The notes under the pieces are model-generated. The model searched no databases. It was not told where the DNA came from and saw only the letters and a program-made list of their open reading frames with translations. Shown here piece after piece: positions 45,272 through 54,054 of a stretch of DNA of 57,330 nt (positions are counted from its first letter, which is position 1; the number at the start of each line of letters is the position of its first letter). The translations under genes and the position numbers were made by a program. Origin of the DNA: a virus (Duplodnaviria > Caudoviricetes). Location of the stretch: positions 1 to 57,330 of the IMG/VR virus record IMGVR_UViG_3300027833_001471. One strand, given 5' to 3'.

Positions 45272-46231
45272 ATGGACGCACTCACTATATGGATGGTGGT
45301 AGGATTTATATTCGCCGCTTATGCCGTAATTGCAAATGATTCAGTACAAACATTAGGTACATGGATCGCATCAAACAATGAAAAGTTTCATTGGAGAACA
45401 ATGTGGATAGCCGCATCGGCTGTTCTAATCTATACATTATGGTATGGATGGTACATGAATGGTGGAGACATCAGTTATGGACGATTAAACAAAATTCCAT
45501 TTCAAGAAGTAAAATGGTATCACGCACTAGCACCCGCAGTTCTGTTGGGGCTAACACGTTTCGGCGTACCAGTATCAACATCATTCCTAGTTCTATCAGC
45601 ATTCGCTAGTACATTTGTACTAGAAAAGATGTTGATGAAGTCAATGATGGGTTATGCAGTTGCGGCTGTGGCGGCATACGTCATATGGCTCGTAGTAAGC
45701 CGCCTGTTGGACGAAGCGAAGCCTGTTAAAGAAAACCATAAAACGGCATGGAGAGTGGCTCAGTGGGTCACTACAGGCTTCCTGTGGTTCACTTGGTTAT
45801 CGCACGATATGGCTAACATCGCGGTGTTTTTACCACGTCAGTTAGACGTACCATTAATGCTTATGATCACAGCAGTATTTGTGATTGGGCTTGGCTTCAT
45901 GTTTCGTGAAGGTGGTGGTAAGATTCAACAGATTGTAGTCGAGAAACATAACACTCGCTACGTTCGATCTGCTACAATCATCGATCTGGTGTATTGGTTG
46001 ATCCTATACTTCTTTAAGGAACTGAATGATATTCCAATGTCAACGACTTGGGTATTTGTAGGATTGCTTTGTGGGCGTGAATTGGCTATGGCTAGTTACA
46101 CAGGCAAGGCAAAATTTAAGACAGTCTTCCCACTGATTGGGCGAGACTTTATGAAGATGATGGTGGGTCTTGGCGCATCCTTGGGTATCGTGCTACTTAT
46201 CCATTACATCTTAGTACCAAACGGATTTTAA
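45272..46231 (+). CDS. multi-pass transporter, PiT/PHO4 inorganic phosphate transporter-like
   Basis: About 10 TM; IANDSVQTLG and SHDMAN resemble the PiT GANDxAN signatures; PVSTS/PMSTT repeats. Confidence 0.65.
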   Translation: MDALTIWMVVGFIFAAYAVIANDSVQTLGTWIASNNEKFHWRTMWIAASAVLIYTLWYGWYMNGGDISYGRLNKIPFQEVKWYHALAPAVLLGLTRFGVPVSTSFLVLSAFASTFVLEKMLMKSMMGYAVAAVAAYVIWLVVSRLLDEAKPVKENHKTAWRVAQWVTTGFLWFTWLSHDMANIAVFLPRQLDVPLMLMITAVFVIGLGFMFREGGGKIQQIVVEKHNTRYVRSATIIDLVYWLILYFFKELNDIPMSTTWVFVGLLCGRELAMASYTGKAKFKTVFPLIGRDFMKMMVGLGASLGIVLLIHYILVPNGF

Positions 46232-46247
46232 TTGAAAGGACTATATT

Positions 46248-46679
46248 ATGAGTAGCTACGAAATTGTTTTGATAATACATATCTTGGCAGTAATATCATG
46301 GATGGCAGGGCTGTTCTATTTGCCAAGAGTAATGGTGTATCATTCCCAAGAGACGAAACCTGGGGATGATATGGATAAAGTTTTCCAAACAATGGAAGTA
46401 AAACTGTTAAGAGCAATAATGATGCCAGCAATGTTTGCCACATTATTCTCTGGTATTGCTTTGATTGGTTTGGGATACGTTGATTGGTCACTCACGTGGC
46501 CTTATGTAAAGCTTGTGAGTGTATTCTTGATGTTTGGCTTTCATGGCTTCTTGAGTAAACAGCGTAAGAACTTTATCAAAGGTGAGAATATCCCATCACC
46601 AAAGAAGATGCGGATATTAAATGAAGTACCTACGATCTTGTTGATCATTATCGTGGCGTCAGTAATTCTTAAATATTAA
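46248..46679 (+). CDS. hemJ: protoporphyrinogen IX oxidase HemJ
   Basis: HILAVISWMAGLFYLPRVMVYH, IMMPAM, RILNEVPT. Confidence 0.93.
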   Translation: MSSYEIVLIIHILAVISWMAGLFYLPRVMVYHSQETKPGDDMDKVFQTMEVKLLRAIMMPAMFATLFSGIALIGLGYVDWSLTWPYVKLVSVFLMFGFHGFLSKQRKNFIKGENIPSPKKMRILNEVPTILLIIIVASVILKY

Positions 46680-46690
46680 GGAGATATATA

Positions 46691-46843
46691 ATGGCTTACA
46701 AATTAGTAGTTGAGAGTAATTATGAAACATACGTCAGAAAACGTGGTAAAAATAAGCAAGCACTTGAAGATTTAGCGCTTAAGTTGTCGATGAAGAAACC
46801 ACATGCCAAATTCTATGTCGTTAAGGACACTATGAAAATCTGA
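46691..46843 (+). CDS. small basic hypothetical protein (50 aa)
   Basis: Manual translation; AAGGAG RBS. Confidence 0.65.
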   Translation: MAYKLVVESNYETYVRKRGKNKQALEDLALKLSMKKPHAKFYVVKDTMKI

Positions 46844-46871
46844 CAAATATGTCACACAAAAATAACTAATT

Positions 46872-46911
46872 AGGCTGGATGATTGACATCTGGCCTTTTT
46901 AATGATATATA
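46872..46911 (+). terminator. terminator hairpin overlapping the tmRNA promoter (-35 TTGACA in/at the loop)
   Basis: AGGCTGGATG-ATTGA-CATCTGGCCT followed by TTTT; -10 TATATA at 46906. Confidence 0.65.
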
Positions 46912-46917
46912 CTATAT

Positions 46918-47230
46918 GTGAACGTTGAAGTGACGTAAATACGGATCGGACTTGGGGGCAGTACCCAACGCCTCCACCACAAGCACATTACGCCTTACTG
47001 CAATAAGGTGTTTTTGCAGAGACACAGACCTCACGAGGGTTGAAGATGATGTGCTTTTGATGGGGGCGAACTAGGATCGACGGACGGAATAGCTGAGTGG
47101 AGTTCATCGGGTGATCGCGTATAGATCAATTAAACTAAATGCAAATGAAAATTTCGCACCATCTGGATTTGCCTTAGCGGCATAATCACAGGGGGTTGGC
47201 GACTTACCTAGCAACAGAAAAGTCGTACTT
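46918..47230 (+). ncRNA. ssrA: circularly permuted (two-piece) tmRNA, alphaproteobacterial type
   Basis: Acceptor 3' arm with GGCAGTAC T-loop and CGCCTCCACCA (ends 46979) precedes the 5' arm GGGGGCG (47062) with G3:U70; tag ORF 47141-47185 ANENFAPSGFALAA; outer ends approximate. Confidence 0.92.
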
Positions 47231-47256
47231 AAAACAATTATAAAGGAAAAGATGTA

Positions 47257-48069
47257 ATGAATAGACTATTAACAACAACAGCAGTGATGGTACTGCTAAC
47301 GGGAACTGCACATGCAGACCAAACTTTGATTTCACCAGCAGCACCACTAGTAACTGGCTCAATCGAAACTGTAATCGCAGAAACTGGAACAACTGATAAG
47401 TACGGAGCAACTACATCTTTTGATCTCGACGTTAACACACCAGACGGTATTGTGACTGGCGGCATTTCTTTTAAAGCAACTCCAAGTACATCAGTATCTG
47501 TTGATGAATGGAATATTGCTACAACTGTAGGCGCGGCAACGTTGTCTTTTGGTGACCAAGGTAACATCTGGTTCGATACAGAAAGTGCCGCAGTAAACGG
47601 TACAATCGAAGAGCCAACGATGGCTAAAGAGAGCTTGCAAGTATCAGCAATGGGTGCAACTGTTGCACTTGGTTTTGATGCAATCGCCACAGACGTCACA
47701 GATTTGGAAAACGTCCAAGTAGGATATGGTTTTGACGCAAGCATTCTTAGTGTTGCAACCGTAGCTGACTATAACGTAGACTCAAAAGAGTGGGTTCTTG
47801 CGGGTCGTGCAGACACAGCAGGTATGCTTGAAGGTGTACGTCTTGGTGGTGCAGTATCATACGGTTCGCTAAGTGAGAAAACAAACTTCGAAGCAGATGC
47901 TACTGTAATGGGGATCACTGGTTACTTGAACGGTGACACAGATGACCTAACGCAAAACGTTGGTGCATCATACATCATGGGTGAAGTATTGACAGTAGAA
48001 GGCGCAGTAAACTATAACTTGAATACAGAAGTGGTTGCACCATCTGTAACGTTGTCTTTCGACTTCTAA
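47257..48069 (+). CDS. outer-membrane porin, Rhodobacterales-like
   Basis: Signal peptide ending AHA, amphipathic beta-strands, C-terminal LSFDF. Confidence 0.78.
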   Translation: MNRLLTTTAVMVLLTGTAHADQTLISPAAPLVTGSIETVIAETGTTDKYGATTSFDLDVNTPDGIVTGGISFKATPSTSVSVDEWNIATTVGAATLSFGDQGNIWFDTESAAVNGTIEEPTMAKESLQVSAMGATVALGFDAIATDVTDLENVQVGYGFDASILSVATVADYNVDSKEWVLAGRADTAGMLEGVRLGGAVSYGSLSEKTNFEADATVMGITGYLNGDTDDLTQNVGASYIMGEVLTVEGAVNYNLNTEVVAPSVTLSFDF

Positions 48070-48116
48070 GATACGCTACGCAGTAAAAACTGCAAATTTA
48101 CGCTTAAACGTAAACT

Positions 48117-48151
48117 AAAGGGGTTGCTAGTTAATACAGCAACCCTTTTTT
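48117..48151 (+). terminator. intrinsic terminator after the porin
   Basis: AAAGGGGTTGCT...AGCAACCCTTTT. Confidence 0.8.
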
Positions 48152-48160
48152 GTTTCTTTG

Positions 48161-48168
48161 TATAAATA
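48161..48168 (+). promoter_or_regulatory. T4-type late promoter upstream of the heme oxygenase
   Basis: TATAAATA. Confidence 0.65.
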
Positions 48169-48197
48169 CAAGAAAGCAGTGCAAAGAGAGGTATATT

Positions 48198-48740
48198 ATG
48201 ACAAATAAACTAAAACAACTCACATGGGCGCATCACCAAGCGGCTGAACGTCGAAAGTTCGCAAAGCAATTAATCAGTGGTGGCATTGATCCTTTCGTAT
48301 ATTACAAATTTCTAAACTGCCAGTATCTCGTATACAAGATGCTCGAAGAACTTGTAATCATTCCACCCAATCTAACAACAATCTATAGAGCGCCTCGTAT
48401 CCTACAGGATATCGAAGAGCTTAGCGAAATATATGGCTTTGATGATATTGACCATTACCCCAAATCAGTCGGTAAATGTATGACGCATATGCAAGGTCTT
48501 GCAGACGCAGACAATAATGACGGTCTACTATCACATATGTACGTTCGTCACTTTGGTGAATTACATGGTGGGCAGATAATCAAAGCCAAGACCCCAGGTA
48601 AGGGTATCATGTACGAATTTGAAGGTGACACTAAGGTTCTTATCGAAGAATTTAGGAAGCTTCTCCACGATGGTATGGAAGAAGAAGCCAAGCGTTGCTT
48701 TGACTTCGCTTCAGAATTATTTGATGAGCTATCAAAATAG
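48198..48740 (+). CDS. hemO: heme oxygenase (phage HemO/Ho1-like)
   Basis: LKQLTWAHHQAAE (proximal His), HMYVRHFGELHGGQII, EEAKRCF. Confidence 0.9.
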   Translation: MTNKLKQLTWAHHQAAERRKFAKQLISGGIDPFVYYKFLNCQYLVYKMLEELVIIPPNLTTIYRAPRILQDIEELSEIYGFDDIDHYPKSVGKCMTHMQGLADADNNDGLLSHMYVRHFGELHGGQIIKAKTPGKGIMYEFEGDTKVLIEEFRKLLHDGMEEEAKRCFDFASELFDELSK

Positions 48741-48769
48741 TTGACAAATCGGAGTTTTTGTTATACAAT
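48741..48769 (+). promoter_or_regulatory. sigma70-like promoter TTGACA-17-TACAAT
   Basis: Consensus match. Confidence 0.65.
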
Positions 48770-48803
48770 AAATCTATTATAAACCACATAAGGAGTGTCC
48801 AAG

Positions 48804-48971
48804 ATGCAAGATCAAGCATTAGAAGAAATTAACCTTAAACCAAAGCCGAAGGCTGAACGACTTGCCAAAGATGTTGCGGCAAGGAAGCGTCGAAAAGAAG
48901 CTAAAGGTATTATAGAAACTCGAACGACTAATGAGTATAATAGACTACGTAGGGAACGTAAAAAGAAATAA
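48804..48971 (+). CDS. small very basic protein (55 aa)
   Basis: Manual translation MQDQALEEINLKPKPK...RRERKKK; AAGGAG RBS; TAATG coupling. Confidence 0.65.
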   Translation: MQDQALEEINLKPKPKAERLAKDVAARKRRKEAKGIIETRTTNEYNRLRRERKKK

Positions 48972-49672
48972 TGTTATTTAAATTTAAAAAAAATACAATA
49001 ACAGTAGACGCTTTTACTGATCAGGAAAATGTTGCCAAGACGCCAATTGCTTCTAGCACAAAATATGTTCCTGATTGGTTTAAGTCTATGAAGCCTACCA
49101 AGGCGTATGCCCAAGATGGGATGGTGGTTGTCTCTAGTACATTCAAGAAGTGTCCTGGAATGATCGACAATCTAAAGCACAGCTTCACTATCCCAGCATG
49201 GTCTGACTTCATTGTCAAGGCTACAGATAATGGCATCGTCAAACAGTTCCCTCATTCTGAATTTGATTATGGGGCGCAATATCACAATGACCCCGAAACA
49301 TCACCTATTGGAGCATTCGCACCAAAAGTGCATGTTAAGATTTTGTCGCCGTGGTATCTCAAGGAAAAGTCAGGCGTAAACTTTTATCAGTCACAGGCGT
49401 TCTGGTCATTCAACGCAACCAATTCTACTATATTGATACCACCGGGTGTTGTTAATTATAAGCACCAACACAGTACACATATCAACATGTTCATAACTAA
49501 AGATTTGCAATGTGATTTTGAACGTGGTGACGCATTAATGTATTTGCACCCAATGTCTGAGGACAAAGTTGTTATCAAAACACATGTAGTAGATACAAAT
49601 GAATACAACAAGATCAAAGGGTCTACATATTACCCCAAGTTCACAAATGGGTATAGGGAGATGATGGAATGA
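48971..49672 (+). CDS. conserved marine-phage hypothetical protein
   Basis: PDWFKSM, TFKKCPG, KILSPW, PGVV motifs. Confidence 0.7.
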   Translation: MLFKFKKNTITVDAFTDQENVAKTPIASSTKYVPDWFKSMKPTKAYAQDGMVVVSSTFKKCPGMIDNLKHSFTIPAWSDFIVKATDNGIVKQFPHSEFDYGAQYHNDPETSPIGAFAPKVHVKILSPWYLKEKSGVNFYQSQAFWSFNATNSTILIPPGVVNYKHQHSTHINMFITKDLQCDFERGDALMYLHPMSEDKVVIKTHVVDTNEYNKIKGSTYYPKFTNGYREMME

Positions 49673-50355
49673 GTTTTTCGTTATGGGGGCGTTTGGATAA
49701 TTACGCTGATGATTTGACTAAGCGTTTCGACAAATCTTTTGTGAGATACGACAACCCTAAGTACACTGAAAACATGAAGTTCGAAGGTTGGACAGACACG
49801 TTTTGGCATTCAGATAAGATCGGTAAGTGCCATCTAAAAACAATTCAACCAAAAGATGTTAAGTCTTTGTGGTTGATGCACATCAACATTTTTCCTAAAG
49901 AGGGCATTGAACTTCCAATCTTGGGCTTTGATATCGTAGCAGGACCCAAAAAGATCACTGGATCGTTTATGGACTTCTCACCATTACATGGGTATGGGCA
50001 TCCATACAACGAATATATGAAACAAGCCATCTTAGGATTAGAATGGATTAAACCACGTGAGTTACCAGATTGGGCTAAAGAAATATTCTCAGATGATATG
50101 ATTGCTGTTGGCAACATACGAGAGGGGCATGAGTTGGATCAGTTCATCTCAGTCACATCTCAACTAGTGACATATTACTTGAAGAACTTGGAAGAACAGG
50201 CAGTTGTATCAAACCGTGATACACTTCCTATACTGAATAAATACTGCTCAAACCAAAAGCTAAATCCTCATTTGCACAGGTCAATTTTGGCTATGGGCAT
50301 CAGTGAAGAAGACAAGGAATCTTACGTAAACAACGTACTCTTCGAGGAAAAATAA
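49669..50355 (+). CDS. pcyX: ferredoxin-dependent bilin reductase, PcyX/PcyA-like
   Basis: LWLMHINIFP, LPILGFDIVAG, GSFMDFSP, RELPDWAKEIFS, YCSNQKLNPH. Confidence 0.85.
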   Translation: MSFSLWGRLDNYADDLTKRFDKSFVRYDNPKYTENMKFEGWTDTFWHSDKIGKCHLKTIQPKDVKSLWLMHINIFPKEGIELPILGFDIVAGPKKITGSFMDFSPLHGYGHPYNEYMKQAILGLEWIKPRELPDWAKEIFSDDMIAVGNIREGHELDQFISVTSQLVTYYLKNLEEQAVVSNRDTLPILNKYCSNQKLNPHLHRSILAMGISEEDKESYVNNVLFEEK

Positions 50356-50503
50356 CTTGACAATTAGTGGGTGTTGTGGTAATATGTCTATATGTAAAGG
50401 TATAGATTACATAACGTTTAATAATCATGCATTTAAGATAACTGTACACTACTGCGAAGGCTGTGGACAGGTAAAGGCAACCTCTAACATTAAGGAAAGT
50501 AAC

Positions 50504-50704
50504 ATGGCAGGTGATAATATTATTGTAGAAAAGGCAGGGCAAACGCTCAGAGCCGAATATTTCAAAACTGAAAACGGATCGGGCATTCGTTGTTTTATTA
50601 ATGAAGAGTTCATCCAAGAAGAAATCTACGAAGGTAAGTCGATTCATTGGGCAGAGAGTGCGGCATCTAATTGGACGTCGGGTGTCAAGACACTGAATGG
50701 ATAA
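50504..50704 (+). CDS. hypothetical protein
   Basis: ATG 50504 after AAGGA; promoter TTGACA-17-TAATAT at 50357-50385. Confidence 0.65.
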   Translation: MAGDNIIVEKAGQTLRAEYFKTENGSGIRCFINEEFIQEEIYEGKSIHWAESAASNWTSGVKTLNG

Positions 50705-50951
50705 ACAACAGCCTACGATCAACCCAAGAACACCTGAGAAGGTTCATCACGAGATATCAAATATGTTATCTAATGGCGTCAATTATATTGATGCTCTAAT
50801 TGAATATGCACGTCAGAACGACTTAGAAATAGAAGCAGTCGCTGACATAGTTAAGAAGTCCTCAATCCTAAAAGAAAAGGTAAGAACTGAGGCAGTGAAA
50901 ATGAAAATGGTGGTTAAAGATGAAAGAGACATCACGGAGTTATGTGACTAA
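50697..50951 (+). CDS. gp33: late transcription coactivator gp33
   Basis: NYIDAL..Y...DLEIEAVA...LKEKVRTEA; synteny with gp59-gp32. Confidence 0.85.
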   Translation: MDKQQPTINPRTPEKVHHEISNMLSNGVNYIDALIEYARQNDLEIEAVADIVKKSSILKEKVRTEAVKMKMVVKDERDITELCD

Positions 50952-51522
50952 AGAATCGTTTGAGACATATCGTATGTACCAAGCAATGCATAGACACTTC
51001 AACGTTGACAAATTTGATTTCCATAGGTACAGAGGGAAAACGAATGTTAAGGTAGAAAGCTTCAGAACAAGGAATGACGTATATTCATTCTATAGGTTGT
51101 CGCAAGAAGATAATGTACAAGAACTCATATTGGCAAATCTTATCCACAACAAGAAGGCGTGGGTAAGAGATATTGTTTCAGATGAAGGCAAGCAACGCTA
51201 TTTAGAATGGCGGCGTAAGAAAGAATCTTTGACGAGAGTGGTAAAGGATGATCTGAACCAACTAAATGATGATTGGCAATCCAACTTCGTTTCAGTTAAA
51301 GGTCAGCATCCTATTATCATATCATTATTATTACAGAAGCAAATAACGTTGGAGACATTTACAATTCTCACTCACGTAGCAAATATTTTTGCGTATTGGG
51401 AGACGAATTTACTTGACAAAATCGTTGCTTATGATATAATTAAACAATCAAGAAAATACAGACCTTTCTTGAATATTGATGAAAAAAAGTTCAAGAAAGT
51501 CATTCGAGAACACTTTTTCTGA
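50920..51522 (+). CDS. gp59: helicase loader gp59
   Basis: YQAMHRHF...FDFHRYRGK, RND.YSF, ISLLLQKQITLET; synteny. Confidence 0.85.
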   Translation: MKETSRSYVTKESFETYRMYQAMHRHFNVDKFDFHRYRGKTNVKVESFRTRNDVYSFYRLSQEDNVQELILANLIHNKKAWVRDIVSDEGKQRYLEWRRKKESLTRVVKDDLNQLNDDWQSNFVSVKGQHPIIISLLLQKQITLETFTILTHVANIFAYWETNLLDKIVAYDIIKQSRKYRPFLNIDEKKFKKVIREHFF

Positions 51523-51530
51523 TATAAATA
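51523..51530 (+). promoter_or_regulatory. late promoter TATAAATA upstream of gp32
   Basis: Exact match. Confidence 0.6.
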
Positions 51531-51608
51531 AGCAGTGGACTTAGTTCACTACACATCGCAATATAACATACACAACGCTATAAAAAGCAAAATTAGGAGA
51601 TACAAGTC

Positions 51609-52535
51609 ATGGACTTTAATACACTCAAAAAGAATCGTTCAAACTCATTGAACAAACTAAACTCACAGCTTGAGAAAATTCAAAGCAAGAGTTACTCAGA
51701 CCCCAACGAAGGTAAAATGTGGAAACCTACACGCGACAAAGCGGGTAACGGTTTCGCAGTAATTCGTTTCCTACCAGCACCATCAGGTGAAGATGTTCCA
51801 TTTGTTCGCATGTGGGATCACGGTTTCCAAGGACCAACAGGTCTGTGGTATATCGAAAACTCTTTGACTACATTAGATCGTGATGATCCAGTATCAGAAT
51901 ACAACAGTAAGTTGTGGAACTCTGGTGTCGAAGACGATAAGGCAGAAGCACGTAAAATGAAACGTCGCTTGAAGTATGTTTCTAACATCTTGGTGATTTC
52001 TGACCCATCAAACCCACAAAATGAAGGCAAGGTCTTTATGTATCAGTATGGTGCAAAAATCTTTGGTAAACTTCAAGAGCTTATGAACCCACAGTTTGAC
52101 GATGAAACTGCGGCTGATCCGTTCAACATGTGGGAAGGTGCTAACTTCCGTCTGAAAATTCAGAAGGTTGCTGGTTACCCCAACTACGATAAGTCAACGT
52201 TCGACACACCATCTGCTATTTCGGATGATGATTCTGAATTGGAACGCATCTTTAACGAAGCACATTCCTTGAAGGAATTGGTTGATCCAAAGAACTTCAA
52301 GTCATATGATGAGTTGAAAACAAAGTTCTACCGCGTACTTGCGTTGGATCAATCACCATCAACACCCAACACAGCGGCAGAGGTTGATGATTTGGATATG
52401 TCTAGCTTTGGTGGTAATTCACCAGAACCTACACTAACCACAATGCCAGAGGCGCAATCAACTGCTCCTTCAATGTCCATGAGTGATGACGATGATGATG
52501 ATCTGTCAATCTTTAAGGAACTTGCGAATGGCTAA
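51609..52535 (+). CDS. gp32: single-stranded DNA-binding protein gp32
   Basis: DKAGNGFAVIRFLP, WYIENSLTT, GANFRLKI, NYDKS, acidic tail. Confidence 0.96.
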   Translation: MDFNTLKKNRSNSLNKLNSQLEKIQSKSYSDPNEGKMWKPTRDKAGNGFAVIRFLPAPSGEDVPFVRMWDHGFQGPTGLWYIENSLTTLDRDDPVSEYNSKLWNSGVEDDKAEARKMKRRLKYVSNILVISDPSNPQNEGKVFMYQYGAKIFGKLQELMNPQFDDETAADPFNMWEGANFRLKIQKVAGYPNYDKSTFDTPSAISDDDSELERIFNEAHSLKELVDPKNFKSYDELKTKFYRVLALDQSPSTPNTAAEVDDLDMSSFGGNSPEPTLTTMPEAQSTAPSMSMSDDDDDDLSIFKELANG

Positions 52536-52854
52536 TAAAACCTATGAAGAGGTTTTAGATTTTGACTTTGGTTTCAGCTTCATTGATGAAGAGCTTCAAG
52601 AGAAAGAAGCTGAAGCCAAGGTTGCTATTGAGAGAGTTAGCAGTGAGAAGCAGACGTTAGAAGACCAACTAACTGACGCTAAACTCGCGGCTGACGATCT
52701 TGAATATCGTTTAGAACTATTATTTAAATCGGTAACACCGTTCTTGGACAACTTATGTAAGAACTCTGAGAAATCAACAATTTATTGGCCTGATCGCGTA
52801 GCAAAGATTGAGGCTTATAAGAGCAAACTTAAATCTATAGTAGAAGGTAGTTAA
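52528..52854 (+). CDS. conserved T4-like hypothetical coiled-coil protein
   Basis: DFDFGFSF, PFLDNL, IYWPDR. Confidence 0.75.
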   Translation: MANKTYEEVLDFDFGFSFIDEELQEKEAEAKVAIERVSSEKQTLEDQLTDAKLAADDLEYRLELLFKSVTPFLDNLCKNSEKSTIYWPDRVAKIEAYKSKLKSIVEGS

Positions 52855-52857
52855 ATT

Positions 52858-53955
52858 ATGAATGATTTATTGAACTCAATCGTCAGTAACAGTACGATTA
52901 AAATGACTGCCCCTATTATGAAGTCCAAGGTATATGGCAAGAAAGACATGGCTCCTACACAGGTTCCTATGGTCAACGTTGCTTTGTCTGGACGTATTGA
53001 TGGCGGTTTGACACCAGGACTGCTAGTCTTAGCAGGACCTTCCAAACACTTTAAGTCAGCATTTGCCCTACTTATGGCAGGTGCTTTCATGAAACGGAAC
53101 CCAGATGCAATTCTGATGTTCTTTGATGCAGAGTTTGGAACACCACAAGCATACTTCGAAAGCTTTGGTATCGACATGGAACGTGTAGCCCACATTCCAA
53201 TCACAGACGTTGAGCAATTGAAGTTTGAGATGATGCAACAGCTTGATAAAATTGAGCCTAAGCATTATGGTAAAATTGTTATGGTTGTCGACTCTATTGG
53301 TAACCTAGCTTCCAAGAAAGAGGTACAGGATTCACTTGATGGCAAATCAGTTGCTGATATGTCAAGAGCTAAATCTATCAAGTCTCTATTCCGTATGGTA
53401 ACACCACACCTTAACCTTAAAGACATTCCATTGATTGCGGTTAATCACACGTATCAAACACAAGAGATGTATTCTAAGGCTGTTGTGTCTGGTGGTACAG
53501 GCATTATGTATAGTGCGGATACTGTTTGGATTGTTGGACGTCAACAAGACAAGGTGGGTACTGAAATCCAAGGCTACCATTTCATCATTAACATTGAGAA
53601 GTCTCGATATGTTAAAGAGAAGTCTAAGATTCCAATCTCAGTATCGTGGGACAGTGGTATTATGAAGTGGTCTGGTCTTATGGAAGTTGCTGAAAAAGGT
53701 GGCTATCTACGCAAACCTAAAGTTGGTTGGTACGAAGCACTTGATCCAGAGACTGGTGTAATCCTTTCTGAAAAACTGATGAGGGCAAAGGAAATCGTTG
53801 ACAACAAAGATTTCTGGCTTAACATGTTCGAAGAAACAAACTTCGGCAAGTACATCAAGGATTCGTTTACTATCGGTGCATCAGGTGCTATCATGCGTGA
53901 TGACGAAGTAAGCCCAGAAGTTATCGATGAACTAATCGACGATAGCGAAGAATAA
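52858..53955 (+). CDS. uvsX: RecA-like recombinase UvsX
   Basis: AGPSKHFKS, DAEFG, DSIGNLASKKE, SGGTG, EKSRYVKEKS. Confidence 0.96.
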   Translation: MNDLLNSIVSNSTIKMTAPIMKSKVYGKKDMAPTQVPMVNVALSGRIDGGLTPGLLVLAGPSKHFKSAFALLMAGAFMKRNPDAILMFFDAEFGTPQAYFESFGIDMERVAHIPITDVEQLKFEMMQQLDKIEPKHYGKIVMVVDSIGNLASKKEVQDSLDGKSVADMSRAKSIKSLFRMVTPHLNLKDIPLIAVNHTYQTQEMYSKAVVSGGTGIMYSADTVWIVGRQQDKVGTEIQGYHFIINIEKSRYVKEKSKIPISVSWDSGIMKWSGLMEVAEKGGYLRKPKVGWYEALDPETGVILSEKLMRAKEIVDNKDFWLNMFEETNFGKYIKDSFTIGASGAIMRDDEVSPEVIDELIDDSEE

Positions 53956-53960
53956 TTTCC

Positions 53961-54027
53961 TTGACATTACACGTTTAGTGTAATATTATATACCTTAAGA
54001 TGGCGGCTAATTTCATTGGTCGCCATC
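53961..54027 (+). promoter_or_regulatory. sigma70-like promoter TTGACA-17-TATTAT followed by a strong 5'-UTR hairpin
   Basis: GATGGCGGCTAAT/ATTGGTCGCCATC at 53999-54027. Confidence 0.6.
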
Positions 54028-54054
54028 ATGCAACTCAGACGTATGGAATTTGAA

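Noticed and set aside
50357-50503. CxxC-containing N-terminal extension of ORF 50357-50704
   Set aside because: The upstream starts lie inside the promoter hexamers; the RBS supports ATG 50504.
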